NCBI GenBank assembly: GCA_038065355.1
Contig: JBBTRC010000010.1
Location: 11,452 to 75,451, forward strand
Length of the DNA: 64,000 nucleotides
From: Patescibacteria group bacterium
GTDB lineage: Bacteria > Patescibacteriota > Minisyncoccia > Phycocordibacterales > UBA918
Reading direction: 5' to 3'
The notes under the pieces were generated by a model. It saw only the letters and a program-made list of their open reading frames with translations, was not told the origin of the DNA and ran no database searches. Of this stretch, positions 20,034-28,929 are shown one piece after another; positions within the stretch are counted from its first letter, which is position 1, and each line of letters opens with the position of its first letter. A program made the position numbers and the translations under genes.

Positions 20034-20750
20034 CTAAGTTTTCCCTTTGCCGCTAAAAATGCCGTCGCGGATGACGTTGCCGAGGATACCGATAAGGACG
20101 CCAAAGACGCTCAAGCCGACCACTCGGGCAAAAATGTAGATGAATTGCCCGCCCTCTGTCGAAGGGTACGGGAGATTATTGTCTTCAATAAAAACTCGAA
20201 ATGCCCACAACATACCCTCGGGGATGCTGATAAATACTTCTGTATCACCCTCAACGATATAAATGAGTACACCGACGAGTAGCATAGAGCCGACGAGTAC
20301 AACCAGAAAAAGAAGAATATTGATGGTGTAAAACGAGAGTCGCTCATCTTGGTCACTCCCCTTAATGCTACGCATTTTGGTGACACGAAGGAGCCGCAAT
20401 AAGCGGATCATGCGGACGATGCGCGCCGCTTTGAGAAATGTCCAGTTTCCCAAGCCAAGGTAGGTAGGTAGGATGGAAGCGAGGTCAATCAAACCAAACC
20501 AGCCAAACATGTACGACAGTCGCCTTGGTACCACGAGTACGCGGAGCACGTATTCGAGGCTAAACACGCCGACTGAAATCCACTCAATTGCATTAAATAT
20601 TTCGTGGTAATTTTGCAAGCTCGGTACGGTCTCAAGCACAATACTTACAACCGAAATGAAGGTCGTGAGCGCCAAGAAGTCGCTGACGAGAAAGTAGTAT
20701 CGGTGGTGCGGCTCGGTCAAGACGGCGCGTAAAAAGTACAAGGCAGGCAT
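20034..20750 (-). CDS. voltage-gated ion channel superfamily protein (single 6TM domain)
   Basis: S4 voltage-sensor with Arg every third residue (RIVRMIRLLRLLRVTKMR), pore loop IPEGMLWAF (E...W, no GYG) resembling Na/Ca-selective filters. Confidence 0.6.
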   Translation of the reverse strand: MPALYFLRAVLTEPHHRYYFLVSDFLALTTFISVVSIVLETVPSLQNYHEIFNAIEWISVGVFSLEYVLRVLVVPRRLSYMFGWFGLIDLASILPTYLGLGNWTFLKAARIVRMIRLLRLLRVTKMRSIKGSDQDERLSFYTINILLFLVVLVGSMLLVGVLIYIVEGDTEVFISIPEGMLWAFRVFIEDNNLPYPSTEGGQFIYIFARVVGLSVFGVLIGILGNVIRDGIFSGKGKT

Positions 20751-20762
20751 GTAGATATTATG

Positions 20763-21461
20763 TCACACCGACAGCAGCCACGACTCGAGCGCCAGATCAA
20801 GCTCGCGCACTCCGGCGTGGCCTTCATGGTAGAGAGACAAGAGCGTGTGCGAGAGTGCGTCTAGCTCTTCAGATGAAAAGTGAGCCAGTGCCTGCTTGGC
20901 TTTCTGGTAGGGAAAGTCCTTGAGGCCAGCTTCGACAGCGCTTTTGGAGAGAGCGGCCAGATGCATAGTTTTAAGCTGCCACCACAGGAGGCCAACGATT
21001 TCTTCGTCGGAAATGCCGGCTTGGCGCGCCTCGACCAAAAGCACCCACAGCTTTTTTTTGTCTTTTCGCGCGAGCGCGTCGGTGAGTGCAAATAAGTTGA
21101 AGCGATCGGCTTTGGTGGCAGTATATTCTTCGACCACTGCGGTGTATTTTTGGTATTTCTTTTTGAGCGGAGCCAGCAGTGCTCCTTCAAACACGACAAA
21201 CACGTTTGTTGATTCTTCAAGTAGTGGCAACACGTCGAGCACTTCTGCCTCAAACGCCTCGTCGGCAGAGGGGGTGTCGAGTATAAAATATTCGGTGGCT
21301 CCAAAGAGTGAGGTGGCACCGGCGGCATTGGTCAAAACTCCCGGCGCGTAGGAAGCGGCATCGATGGTCGGCACGAGTGGCGGCGCGCCCTTGGTAGAGA
21401 GGAACAGCGTGCCTGCGTCATGCAAAGCGGTTCTGTCGGTACCGAAAAAAATCGCCAACAT
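20763..21461 (-). CDS. possible DNA polymerase III delta subunit (HolA-like)
   Basis: 232-aa helical protein immediately downstream of polA; weak resemblance to HolA N-terminus; low confidence. Confidence 0.3.
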   Translation of the reverse strand: MLAIFFGTDRTALHDAGTLFLSTKGAPPLVPTIDAASYAPGVLTNAAGATSLFGATEYFILDTPSADEAFEAEVLDVLPLLEESTNVFVVFEGALLAPLKKKYQKYTAVVEEYTATKADRFNLFALTDALARKDKKKLWVLLVEARQAGISDEEIVGLLWWQLKTMHLAALSKSAVEAGLKDFPYQKAKQALAHFSSEELDALSHTLLSLYHEGHAGVRELDLALESWLLSV

Positions 21462-21463
21462 GT

Positions 21464-23851
21464 CTATGTGTCTGTGCGGTTAAGCTTCTCCATTTCTTCC
21501 CAATTCGGCCCGATTTTCACTTCAGCCAAAATCGGGACTCCGTACGTCTCCTTCTCGTCGAGCGCGTGCTCCATGAGGTGAAGAAGCGGTGGTACCTGCG
21601 CTTTTACGTCGCTGGTTTTGACTTCAAACACGAGCTCATCGTGGATCTGAAGGAGGAGGCGGACAGTATCGACCAATTTGTGCCCTTTTATGTGCGCGGC
21701 AATCTGCACCATGGCGATGCGCACGATGTCGGCGGCCGTACCTTGAATCGGAGCGTTGATGGCCATGCGTTCCGCTTGCGCGCGGATAAACGGCACGCTT
21801 GAAGTGATGCCGGGGAAATGACGCCGGCGACCAAACAGAGTTTCGGTGTAGCCCTCTTTGCGAGCAGCTGTTTTTGTATCCTCCAAGTATTCGGAGAGAT
21901 GCGTGAAGGTTTGGAAGTAGGCAGTGAGGAAGGCTTGCGCTTCTTGGCGCGAAGTATCTCCGCCTAAATTTTGGCGGAGCGCATTGACGCCCATGCCGTA
22001 AAGGATGCCAAAGTTGATAACCTTGGCTTGGCGCCGCATGTTGTCGGTCACCTCCTCCGCATTCACGCCAAACACACGCAGTGCCACGCCGCGATGCACG
22101 TCCTCTCCGCGTTTGAAGATATCAATGAGGTTGGGGTCATGGGACATGATCGCGGCAATGCGCAACTCGATTTGAGAGTAGTCGATAGCGACCAGCGTGT
22201 AGCCTGGCGACGCAACAAAAGCTTTGCGGATAGCTCTTCCCTCTTTCGTGCGCGTAGGGATGTTTTGGATATTTGGATCTTTACTCCCCATCCGGCCGGT
22301 CGTGGTGCCAGTTTGGAGGAAAGTGGTATGCAGTTTGCCGTCCTTATCAACCATAGTCGGCAAGGTGTCGATGTAGGTTGAAACCAACTTTTGCAACTCC
22401 CGGTAACGGAGGATGTCCTCGATGATGGGGTGGGTGCCCTTCAGTTTTTCCAATTCTGACTCTTTGGTGGAACGCTGACCGCCGGCGGTTTTTCTGGCGT
22501 TCTTTATTTTGAGACCAAGCGTGTCAAAAAGAATATCTCCGAGTTGCTTCGGCGAATTGATGTTGAATTCTTTTCCGGCGTGCTGGTAGATGCGTTTTTC
22601 GAGCGTCACAAGTTCGACGTGCAGTTCTTTTGAGAGCTGTTTTAGATACTTCACGTCAAGCGTGATGCCGGTCTGTTGCATCATTTCAATAACTGGAATA
22701 AGCGGTTGCTCAATGTCGGTAAAAATATGCCAGAGGCCTTGTTCTTTCACCTTTTGCTTCAAGGCTTTGACTGTCTCTTCCCAGTTGTTGGCTTTGAGAA
22801 AAGAACGTCCGTATTCCAAAATGTCGGCAACGGTTCCGTTGGTGCGTTCGCTCTCCAAGAGCCAAAGCAAAATCGCCGCTTCTTTATGCGCCTCGGGCGT
22901 GATATTGTCATCAACCTCTGTGGCGGCTGGCGCCAGCTCAAATAACTTTCGCACTCGGTCCGTCACGGTGCGGAAACCAAACTCACTGAAGAGTTTGAGG
23001 ATGGCGTCGGTATCGGCGCGCTCGCGCCAGCGCGTGTCGGTGACGGTGAATGACGGAAGCGCGTCGGTGCGGATGGTCGCCAGCATTTTTGAGAATTCAG
23101 CTTCTTCTTTGCCTTCTTTCAAAAGCGAGACGAGGCGCGGAGAGAGACCAGCGTCAAGAAATGCCTGCTCGTTCTTGGCGAGCGCTTTGTATATTTTTTC
23201 GAGTGAACCGAAGGTGGTGATGAGGGTGGTCGCGGTCTTTTCGCCAATGCCGACGATGCCGGGAATGTTATCGGACGTGTCACCGCGGAGACCTTTATAG
23301 TCGGGCACCAACTTAGGCGGAAAGCCGAAGCGGTCAATGACCGTCGCTTCGTCATATAAAATGGTGTCTTTGATTCCTTTTTTCAGCGTGTAGACCTGCA
23401 CCCGTGTCTTGTCGACGCACTGCAGGGTGTCCATATCTCCCGACGCGATAACAACGCGGAGGTTTTTTTCTGTTTTTGTCAGGTGCGCGATGCTACCCAA
23501 GAGATCGTCAGCTTCGAAGCCCGATCGCTCAAATATAGCAATGCCGAACGCCGCAAAGACCTCGCGTGAGCGGTCGATTTGGGCCACGAGCGCCTCGTCA
23601 ATCTTTTCGCGCTTGGCTTTATAGCCGTCGAAGGCGTCGTGACGATAGGTAGGCTCCGGCAAGTCGTAGCACGCGACGAGGTACTCGGGCTTAAACTCTT
23701 CGATGATCTTGAGGAGCATCGTCACGACGCCGTAGAGCGCACCGGTCGGCTCGCCCGTCGGTGAAGAAAAATCCGGCAGAGCGTGGTACGCCCGATGCAG
23801 AATCGCATGCGCGTCGAGAATCACCAAGGTTTCCTGAGACGTTTTAGACAT
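21464..23851 (-). CDS. polA: DNA polymerase I
   Basis: 5'-3' exonuclease domain (LVILDAHAILHRAYHA...), family-A polymerase motifs (DYSQIELR, RRQAKVINFGILYGMG, QIHDELVFE); ORF extends to 23938, likely start MSKTSQETL. Confidence 0.9.
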   Translation of the reverse strand: MSKTSQETLVILDAHAILHRAYHALPDFSSPTGEPTGALYGVVTMLLKIIEEFKPEYLVACYDLPEPTYRHDAFDGYKAKREKIDEALVAQIDRSREVFAAFGIAIFERSGFEADDLLGSIAHLTKTEKNLRVVIASGDMDTLQCVDKTRVQVYTLKKGIKDTILYDEATVIDRFGFPPKLVPDYKGLRGDTSDNIPGIVGIGEKTATTLITTFGSLEKIYKALAKNEQAFLDAGLSPRLVSLLKEGKEEAEFSKMLATIRTDALPSFTVTDTRWRERADTDAILKLFSEFGFRTVTDRVRKLFELAPAATEVDDNITPEAHKEAAILLWLLESERTNGTVADILEYGRSFLKANNWEETVKALKQKVKEQGLWHIFTDIEQPLIPVIEMMQQTGITLDVKYLKQLSKELHVELVTLEKRIYQHAGKEFNINSPKQLGDILFDTLGLKIKNARKTAGGQRSTKESELEKLKGTHPIIEDILRYRELQKLVSTYIDTLPTMVDKDGKLHTTFLQTGTTTGRMGSKDPNIQNIPTRTKEGRAIRKAFVASPGYTLVAIDYSQIELRIAAIMSHDPNLIDIFKRGEDVHRGVALRVFGVNAEEVTDNMRRQAKVINFGILYGMGVNALRQNLGGDTSRQEAQAFLTAYFQTFTHLSEYLEDTKTAARKEGYTETLFGRRRHFPGITSSVPFIRAQAERMAINAPIQGTAADIVRIAMVQIAAHIKGHKLVDTVRLLLQIHDELVFEVKTSDVKAQVPPLLHLMEHALDEKETYGVPILAEVKIGPNWEEMEKLNRTDT

Positions 23852-23902
23852 AATGTCAGTATACTTTGTTTCTCCGACGTGCACTATAAAAAAACACTTT
23901 AC

Positions 23903-23930
23903 ACTTGACATAAGGTCAAGTATGTGTATA
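23903..23930 (+). promoter_or_regulatory. sigma70-like promoter TTGACA-N16-TATATT for the 24001 ORF
   Basis: near-consensus -35/-10; predicted transcript starts with perfect 9-bp hairpin CAAGCTACA-TGG-TGTAGCTTG and SD GGAAGGAAGGAA. Confidence 0.45.
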
Positions 23931-24000
23931 TTTAACAAGCTACATGGTGTAGCTTGTACCTTAATCAGTACCTCACAACTCGAATGGAAGGAAGGAACTA

Positions 24001-24603
24001 ATGCAAACCGCTCATGTCATTCTGAAGAGCATTTCTCCGCTTTTGCTCAATCCGATGACCGACGAGACGCTTGATGAGCTTTTCGCCGGCTCCGGAGCAC
24101 GCAAATTGCGGAAGACTGACGTTACGCAGGAAGCAGTCGCCGCCAAGAAGGTCATCCGCGACGATGACGGCAACATCGGCCTGCCGGTCGAATACCTCTT
24201 CGCCGCCTTGGTGAACGCCGGTCGCTTCGTGAAGTTTGATTCCAAAAAGAACTTCACCAACGCAACGTCATCGCTGGTGCCCGGCCTGCTTACGCTCGGC
24301 GAAATGTTCTACCCGTTCAAAGATCAGAAAACGCCCTGGACGATCGACAAACGCCGCGGCCGTCTGGCCTCAACCGGTGTCGCCGTCGCCATCATTCGTC
24401 CCAAGTTCAAAGATTGGGCGATTGACCTCACGGCAGAATTCGACGAGGCGCAGGTGAGCGAATCGAAGATTCGCGAACTTTTCAACGCGGCCGGTCGCTT
24501 TTCCGGCCTCGGCGATTTTCGGCCAGCGTGCAAGGGTCCGTTTGGGCGCTTTACGATCGACAGCTGGGAAGTCGTCAAGTCAGAAGTTCGTGAAGCCGCC
24601 TGA
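24001..24603 (+). CDS. hypothetical protein with RAMP-like glycine-rich loop (200 aa)
   Basis: strong SD; C-terminal GRFSGLGDFRPACKGPFGRFTI resembles the G-rich loop (GxGxxxxxGhG + beta-strand) of Cas5/Cas6/Cas7 RAMPs; N-terminal SPLLLN strand. Confidence 0.5.
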   Translation: MQTAHVILKSISPLLLNPMTDETLDELFAGSGARKLRKTDVTQEAVAAKKVIRDDDGNIGLPVEYLFAALVNAGRFVKFDSKKNFTNATSSLVPGLLTLGEMFYPFKDQKTPWTIDKRRGRLASTGVAVAIIRPKFKDWAIDLTAEFDEAQVSESKIRELFNAAGRFSGLGDFRPACKGPFGRFTIDSWEVVKSEVREAA

Positions 24604-25916
24604 CGTACAAGTCTGAATGGCAAGCATGAGCACTCTGCTCCTTCTTGCTATTCTCGCCCGTTCTGTGGGTCGGAGTCTGTGTCATGGACTCCGACTTTAC
24701 ATTACGCACTGTGACGTGTCGTCGGGCAACGTCCGGTCCAGCAGGTTGCGTTGTGCTTAGTTGCGGGTTGGGAGTTTGCAAACTCCCAACAGCTTACGGA
24801 TGGGTAAACTATGGCGCAGTGGGCTCATCCGCGCTCCAGTACGTTGCAGTCACCTATGGATCGGGAGCTTCTGGAGCTCCCGATTTTTCAGACCCAATTT
24901 TGAACGCTTAGTCTACGCGTAGTCACCTGGACTAGTGCATACTTAAGGTCGGGAGTTTCGCCTCTCGACACCTTACCGTTCGGAGTGGTGATGTATGGCT
25001 GTGTCCAGTTAGCCAAAGCAAGGTCCACTACAGGCCAGAGGACTCTTCCTTTGGCAACCTTTGTTCGGTATACTCCCGTTCACTTTACCCGACCAACCTT
25101 TGGTTTACTCCAGCATGGGTTGGATGCACTCCGGTGCTTCCAACATGAATAGAGTAATCTTGGGTGCACTTGACTTGGCTCTTGTCGCGTTAACCACGGT
25201 AAGGGTCGAGAGCTTGGTCTCTCGACAATTCTCAGCTCGGCTTAGTGGGCTGGACTCCCCCAATCTCCACTACGATGGATCACTGTACTGGTCAGGAATC
25301 ACAAGATTCCTGACACATTTGCACTACTGTGCGGCACGCACCACTATCCTGCGTCATGGTGTACTCCGGTTAGCTCTGGGCTGGAAGCTAGAGATAGCTT
25401 CCAGCAAAATATCGCTCTGTAAGGTTGGGTACAGTTGAGTGGTCTCTTGTGTCGTCACCTCATCTTTGGGTTGGAGGGTTTCGACTCGTCAACACTCTTT
25501 ACAGCAAGGTATTGTAGCGTAGCGTTGGCTTCACTACCCTCTCGTAGAATTAGGCTTAGTCGAGTATGGGCGGGGAGGCCTGGGCCTCCCCGCATATCTT
25601 TATTCAAGTTTTGTTCCTTACGTCCTGCGGAGCCTTGCTCCGCCTGATCGCTGGATGTGTATCCAGCCCGATGAGTCCGAAAGGACGAAATCAGTTTTGT
25701 TCTGAGGTCACGTGCGTCTACGTGCGTTCGGCCACTCCGAACTTATGTTTGGGTCGGGAGAGTCCTGACTTTCCCGACATTCTTGCTGTACGCAATTGTG
25801 TGGTCCACCATCCAGTGGTTCCGCATGGTTAGCTACGCCGGAGTAGCGTCCGGGCAGGGAATCTCACCCGAGATTCCCTGCAGTTCTTTGAAAATTAGTC
25901 TTGAAAGGAGACTGTA
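24604..25916 (+). repeat. 1.3-kb non-coding region A densely packed with perfect hairpins, including GTCGGGAG/CTCCCGAC-family repeats
   Basis: family hairpins at about 24669-24695, 24948-24969, 25205-25226, 25753-25778; other perfect stems 24767-24790, 24861-24883(+T5), 25292-25313, 25380-25405, 25570-25593, 25855-25880; no ORF with RBS. Confidence 0.65.
25644..25694 (+). ncRNA. hammerhead ribozyme-like motif, type III topology (possibly degenerate: U4->C)
   Basis: CUGAU-C^-[GCUGGAU-GUGU-AUCCAGC]-CCGAUGA-[GUCC-GAAA-GGAC]-GAAA-UCAG: stems I, II, III, the GAAA and cleavage triplet AUC all in canonical arrangement; only core U4 replaced by C. Confidence 0.45.
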
Positions 25917-27743
25917 ATGAAGCATCCCAACATGGCGAGAGCCTTTCCCCGCCATATCCATGAAGAGACGAAAGACAGCCAGCGCGAAGCGTTGAACTTT
26001 CTCACGGAACATGGGTGTGGTCTCATCGAAAAGCCGACCGGTTCTGGTAAGACCGCCACCGGTATCACGTTTTTACGAGCGTATGAAAAAGCTGGCGTGC
26101 CAGTGCTTTTCTATCTCGTGCCCAACAAAACACTCGCAGCACAAGTGCAGGAACAATACCCTGAAGTTCGAGTCGTCTACGGACGAAACGAACATCCCTG
26201 TCTGTACTACGAGGACAGCTATCAAGCTGATGAAGTACCGTGTTCCATGCTCGGCGACTGTCCCCACCGTGTCGATCAAGATACTGGACAGACACACGAA
26301 CCGGGAGCTTTGCCTTGCCCGTATCTTCAGCAGAAGTACGAAGCGAAGCAGGGCACGATCGTCGTCGCTACCTATGCCTTCTATCTTTTCGCCCATTTCT
26401 TTCAAAAGGAATGGGGAAAGAAACAGGAAGCGATGGTGATTGACGAGGCACATCGCCTTGCCGAATCTATCCGCAGCGTGCTTTCCTATGAGATCACTGA
26501 TTACCAGCTCGGCCGGGCACTTGAAGCGCTTTCTGGCTTTGCTGATGATCAAACCATTCTGCGATTAGAGGAATTCCAAACGTCGTTTCTCAAGATCATC
26601 AAGAGCAAACCTTCGGGCCAGCGGATGATTCTGACAGAGGACGACATCTACGAACTTCTCTATCACGTCCAGCTCTTGCAACCAACGCGCCTGCGCCAAC
26701 AAATTGCCGAAGCAGTACGTAAAGGCCGGCTCGATCCGATCGCTGACCGCGAGACGCTCCGGCGTCTTGAGGATATTACCTACAGCCTGACGCGTTACCT
26801 GCGTTCGCTCGAGTATTCAGTGAAAGATGGGAAACGCAAAGCGCTTAACTACATCTTCGCCTACTGGCAATCAGAAAAGGGCGAGCATGACAAAGTGCAG
26901 TATCGGCTAGTCGTAAAGGCGTATGCGGTTGGACCGCTGATTGCCAAAATGTTGCCGAAACGTCTCTTGGCCATGAGCGCGACGATCAGCGATCCAGACA
27001 TGTTGAAGATCGAAAGCGGGATTGATTTGCCGTTTTTGTCTTTGACATCTGACTGGCCGTCTGAGAACACGCGCATCTTCATGCCGACTGACTCACCAAA
27101 CTTGGCCGTCAATAAACGCGGCCGAGATGGGGTGGTGCGAACGCAAAATACGCGGGAAAAGACCAAAATCCTGCGCAAGGTCGCCAAGGCATGTAAACGC
27201 TTTGGCGACCAAGGACTGCGGTCACTCGTTGTGGTTGTCTCAAATGACGAACGACACAAATTCCTGGCCCTAGCGGAAGAGGAAGGTGTCGATGTCATCA
27301 GCTACGATGCAGAACGAAAGCCACGAGAGGTCGCCCAAGCCTTTAAAGATGGCGAGGGTGACGTGCTTGTTGGCACTACCGCTCACTTTGGCGAAGGAAT
27401 CGACCTGCCCGACGGCACGGCGCCGATCACTTTCTTTCTGCGGCCAGGCTACCCAAATCCTACTGAACCAGGTACGCAATTCGAGGCAGATCGTTTTGGC
27501 AGTCGACGGTGGGCTCTGTGGCAATGGCGCGTTATCGTGCAAGCGCTACAAGTCCGCGGTCGGAACGTGCGGAGCGTAGAAGACAAGGGTGTAACCATCT
27601 TTGTTTCCCAACAATTCCGCAAGTTTCTATTACATTCATTGCCGGAGTGGCTGAAACCCGCCTACCGCGGCAACAGCACCTGGGAACAATGCCTCGACGA
27701 AACGGAGGCGTTACTTCTGAAGCGGAAACGACTGAAAAAGTAG
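25917..27743 (+). CDS. DinG/XPD/YoaA-family Fe-S DNA helicase (superfamily 2, DEAH)
   Basis: motif I EKPTGSGKT, four Cys between motifs Ia and II (C95,C110,C115,C134: Fe-S domain), motif II VIDEAHRL, motif III SAT, C-terminal HFGEGIDLPDG and QxxGRNVRS motifs; SD AAGGAG. Confidence 0.8.
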   Translation: MKHPNMARAFPRHIHEETKDSQREALNFLTEHGCGLIEKPTGSGKTATGITFLRAYEKAGVPVLFYLVPNKTLAAQVQEQYPEVRVVYGRNEHPCLYYEDSYQADEVPCSMLGDCPHRVDQDTGQTHEPGALPCPYLQQKYEAKQGTIVVATYAFYLFAHFFQKEWGKKQEAMVIDEAHRLAESIRSVLSYEITDYQLGRALEALSGFADDQTILRLEEFQTSFLKIIKSKPSGQRMILTEDDIYELLYHVQLLQPTRLRQQIAEAVRKGRLDPIADRETLRRLEDITYSLTRYLRSLEYSVKDGKRKALNYIFAYWQSEKGEHDKVQYRLVVKAYAVGPLIAKMLPKRLLAMSATISDPDMLKIESGIDLPFLSLTSDWPSENTRIFMPTDSPNLAVNKRGRDGVVRTQNTREKTKILRKVAKACKRFGDQGLRSLVVVVSNDERHKFLALAEEEGVDVISYDAERKPREVAQAFKDGEGDVLVGTTAHFGEGIDLPDGTAPITFFLRPGYPNPTEPGTQFEADRFGSRRWALWQWRVIVQALQVRGRNVRSVEDKGVTIFVSQQFRKFLLHSLPEWLKPAYRGNSTWEQCLDETEALLLKRKRLKK

Positions 27744-28560
27744 TCGCTGCAATATCGTGCGGTATCCTTCGCTCCTGTACAGTTAGGTTAGCTACGGTCG
27801 ACTCGACTCCGGGCGGAAGAGCTCCGGTTCTCCCGCGACGTTAGGTCCTGTTTGGTCAGGTTCACACCAGTTCGGTCACCTGTGGTCCGGGCTGGGGATT
27901 AACATCTCCAGCAGAATTTAGTGCAGTGTGGGCTTCCCTATACTTCTCTGGCCTACGCAATCGCACTCTGCGGGCTGGAACGTAAATACGTTCCAGCAAC
28001 ATTCTGTCCGGCAAGGCACGGTTATCTGCGCTAGGTTGGGTCAAACTCAAGTATTGTATGGGCTGGGAAAGCTTCGCTTTCCCTGCTTCGTATCGTATTG
28101 TCGGCTTTAGTGAACCTTACTTGCCCGCTCTGTAGAGTCCTAGTCTAAGGGTCGGGAGATGAACGTCTGCCGACAATATTTCTCCGGGCTTACCTGTCGC
28201 TAGCTTCTGTTTTGTGCACCAATGCACTCTAAGGGTCGAGGAATCGTCTGACTCCTCGACAACTTTCTGTCTGGTGGCGTTGCCTCCAGTCCACTCCGGT
28301 TGCGTGGGGCTGAGTAAGCTATGGGTCAGTGTCTCAGGACACTGACAACATATCGTGACGTTCTGTCGGGTAACTTGCGCCATTCTTGGTAAGGATTAAC
28401 TAGTCTGTGAGTTGGGAGACTTTGTCTCCCAACAACTTTGAGCTAGGTAACGTCCACTAGAGTTAGTCGTCCTGGCGTTCTCTGTGCTTTCGTCACCTTC
28501 TGTATCGGTCGGGAGCGAAAAAGTCGCTCCCGACGTTTCTCTTGAAAGAAAGGAAATCCC
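27744..28560 (+). repeat. 0.8-kb non-coding region B, paralogous to region A (hairpin family plus decayed hammerhead unit)
   Basis: family hairpins at about 28151-28174, 28235-28260, 28411-28433, 28508-28534, variants 28062-28086; GCTGGAACGT-AAAT-ACGTTCCAGC (27974-27997) and GTCAGTGTC-TCAG-GACACTGAC (28325-28346) are covarying homologues of region A hairpins. Confidence 0.6.
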
Positions 28561-28929
28561 ATGCCGCTTGAAATCGGTAAAGGTTGTCGCGGCATGACGT
28601 CAGTGCATGCCAAAAGACACAAGAAGTTGATGTTTCACCACACAGTCACGCGAGAAGCGTTTCATTTCGTCAGTTGGTTGGTTGACCAGAATGAGATTCT
28701 TGAAATTGATCTTGGTAAGGTCGGCACCTATCGAGGTAATACTGAGTTTCGGGTCGACATCGACGACAACACCTTGAGCTTTTTAGTCAAAGGAAACTTC
28801 TCGTACCAAATTATACGAACTACCATCCGACCAATCGTCGCTTACCAACCAAATGCGCTGTTAAAATTTCTTCAGCGTTGTGAGGAAGAGTGGCAAAAGT
28901 CGATGGGGAATCCAGTCGAAACACGATGA
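28561..28929 (+). CDS. hypothetical protein (122 aa)
   Basis: ORF with SD AAGGAAA; no recognisable motif; flanked on both sides by family hairpins. Confidence 0.45.
   Translation: MPLEIGKGCRGMTSVHAKRHKKLMFHHTVTREAFHFVSWLVDQNEILEIDLGKVGTYRGNTEFRVDIDDNTLSFLVKGNFSYQIIRTTIRPIVAYQPNALLKFLQRCEEEWQKSMGNPVETR

Noticed and set aside
25440-25500. tmRNA / tRNA-like 3' end because of GGAGGGTTTCGACTCGTC (T-arm-like)
   Set aside because: There is no acceptor stem, no CCA-adjacent pairing and no tag reading frame. It is an isolated resemblance.
24604-25916. Small ORFs listed inside non-coding region A (24645-24911, 25061-25438, 25435-25647, 25566-25832) as possible genes
   Set aside because: No SD or promoter. 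The frames run straight through multiple perfect hairpins and the hammerhead motif. Amino-acid composition looks like GC-rich noise.
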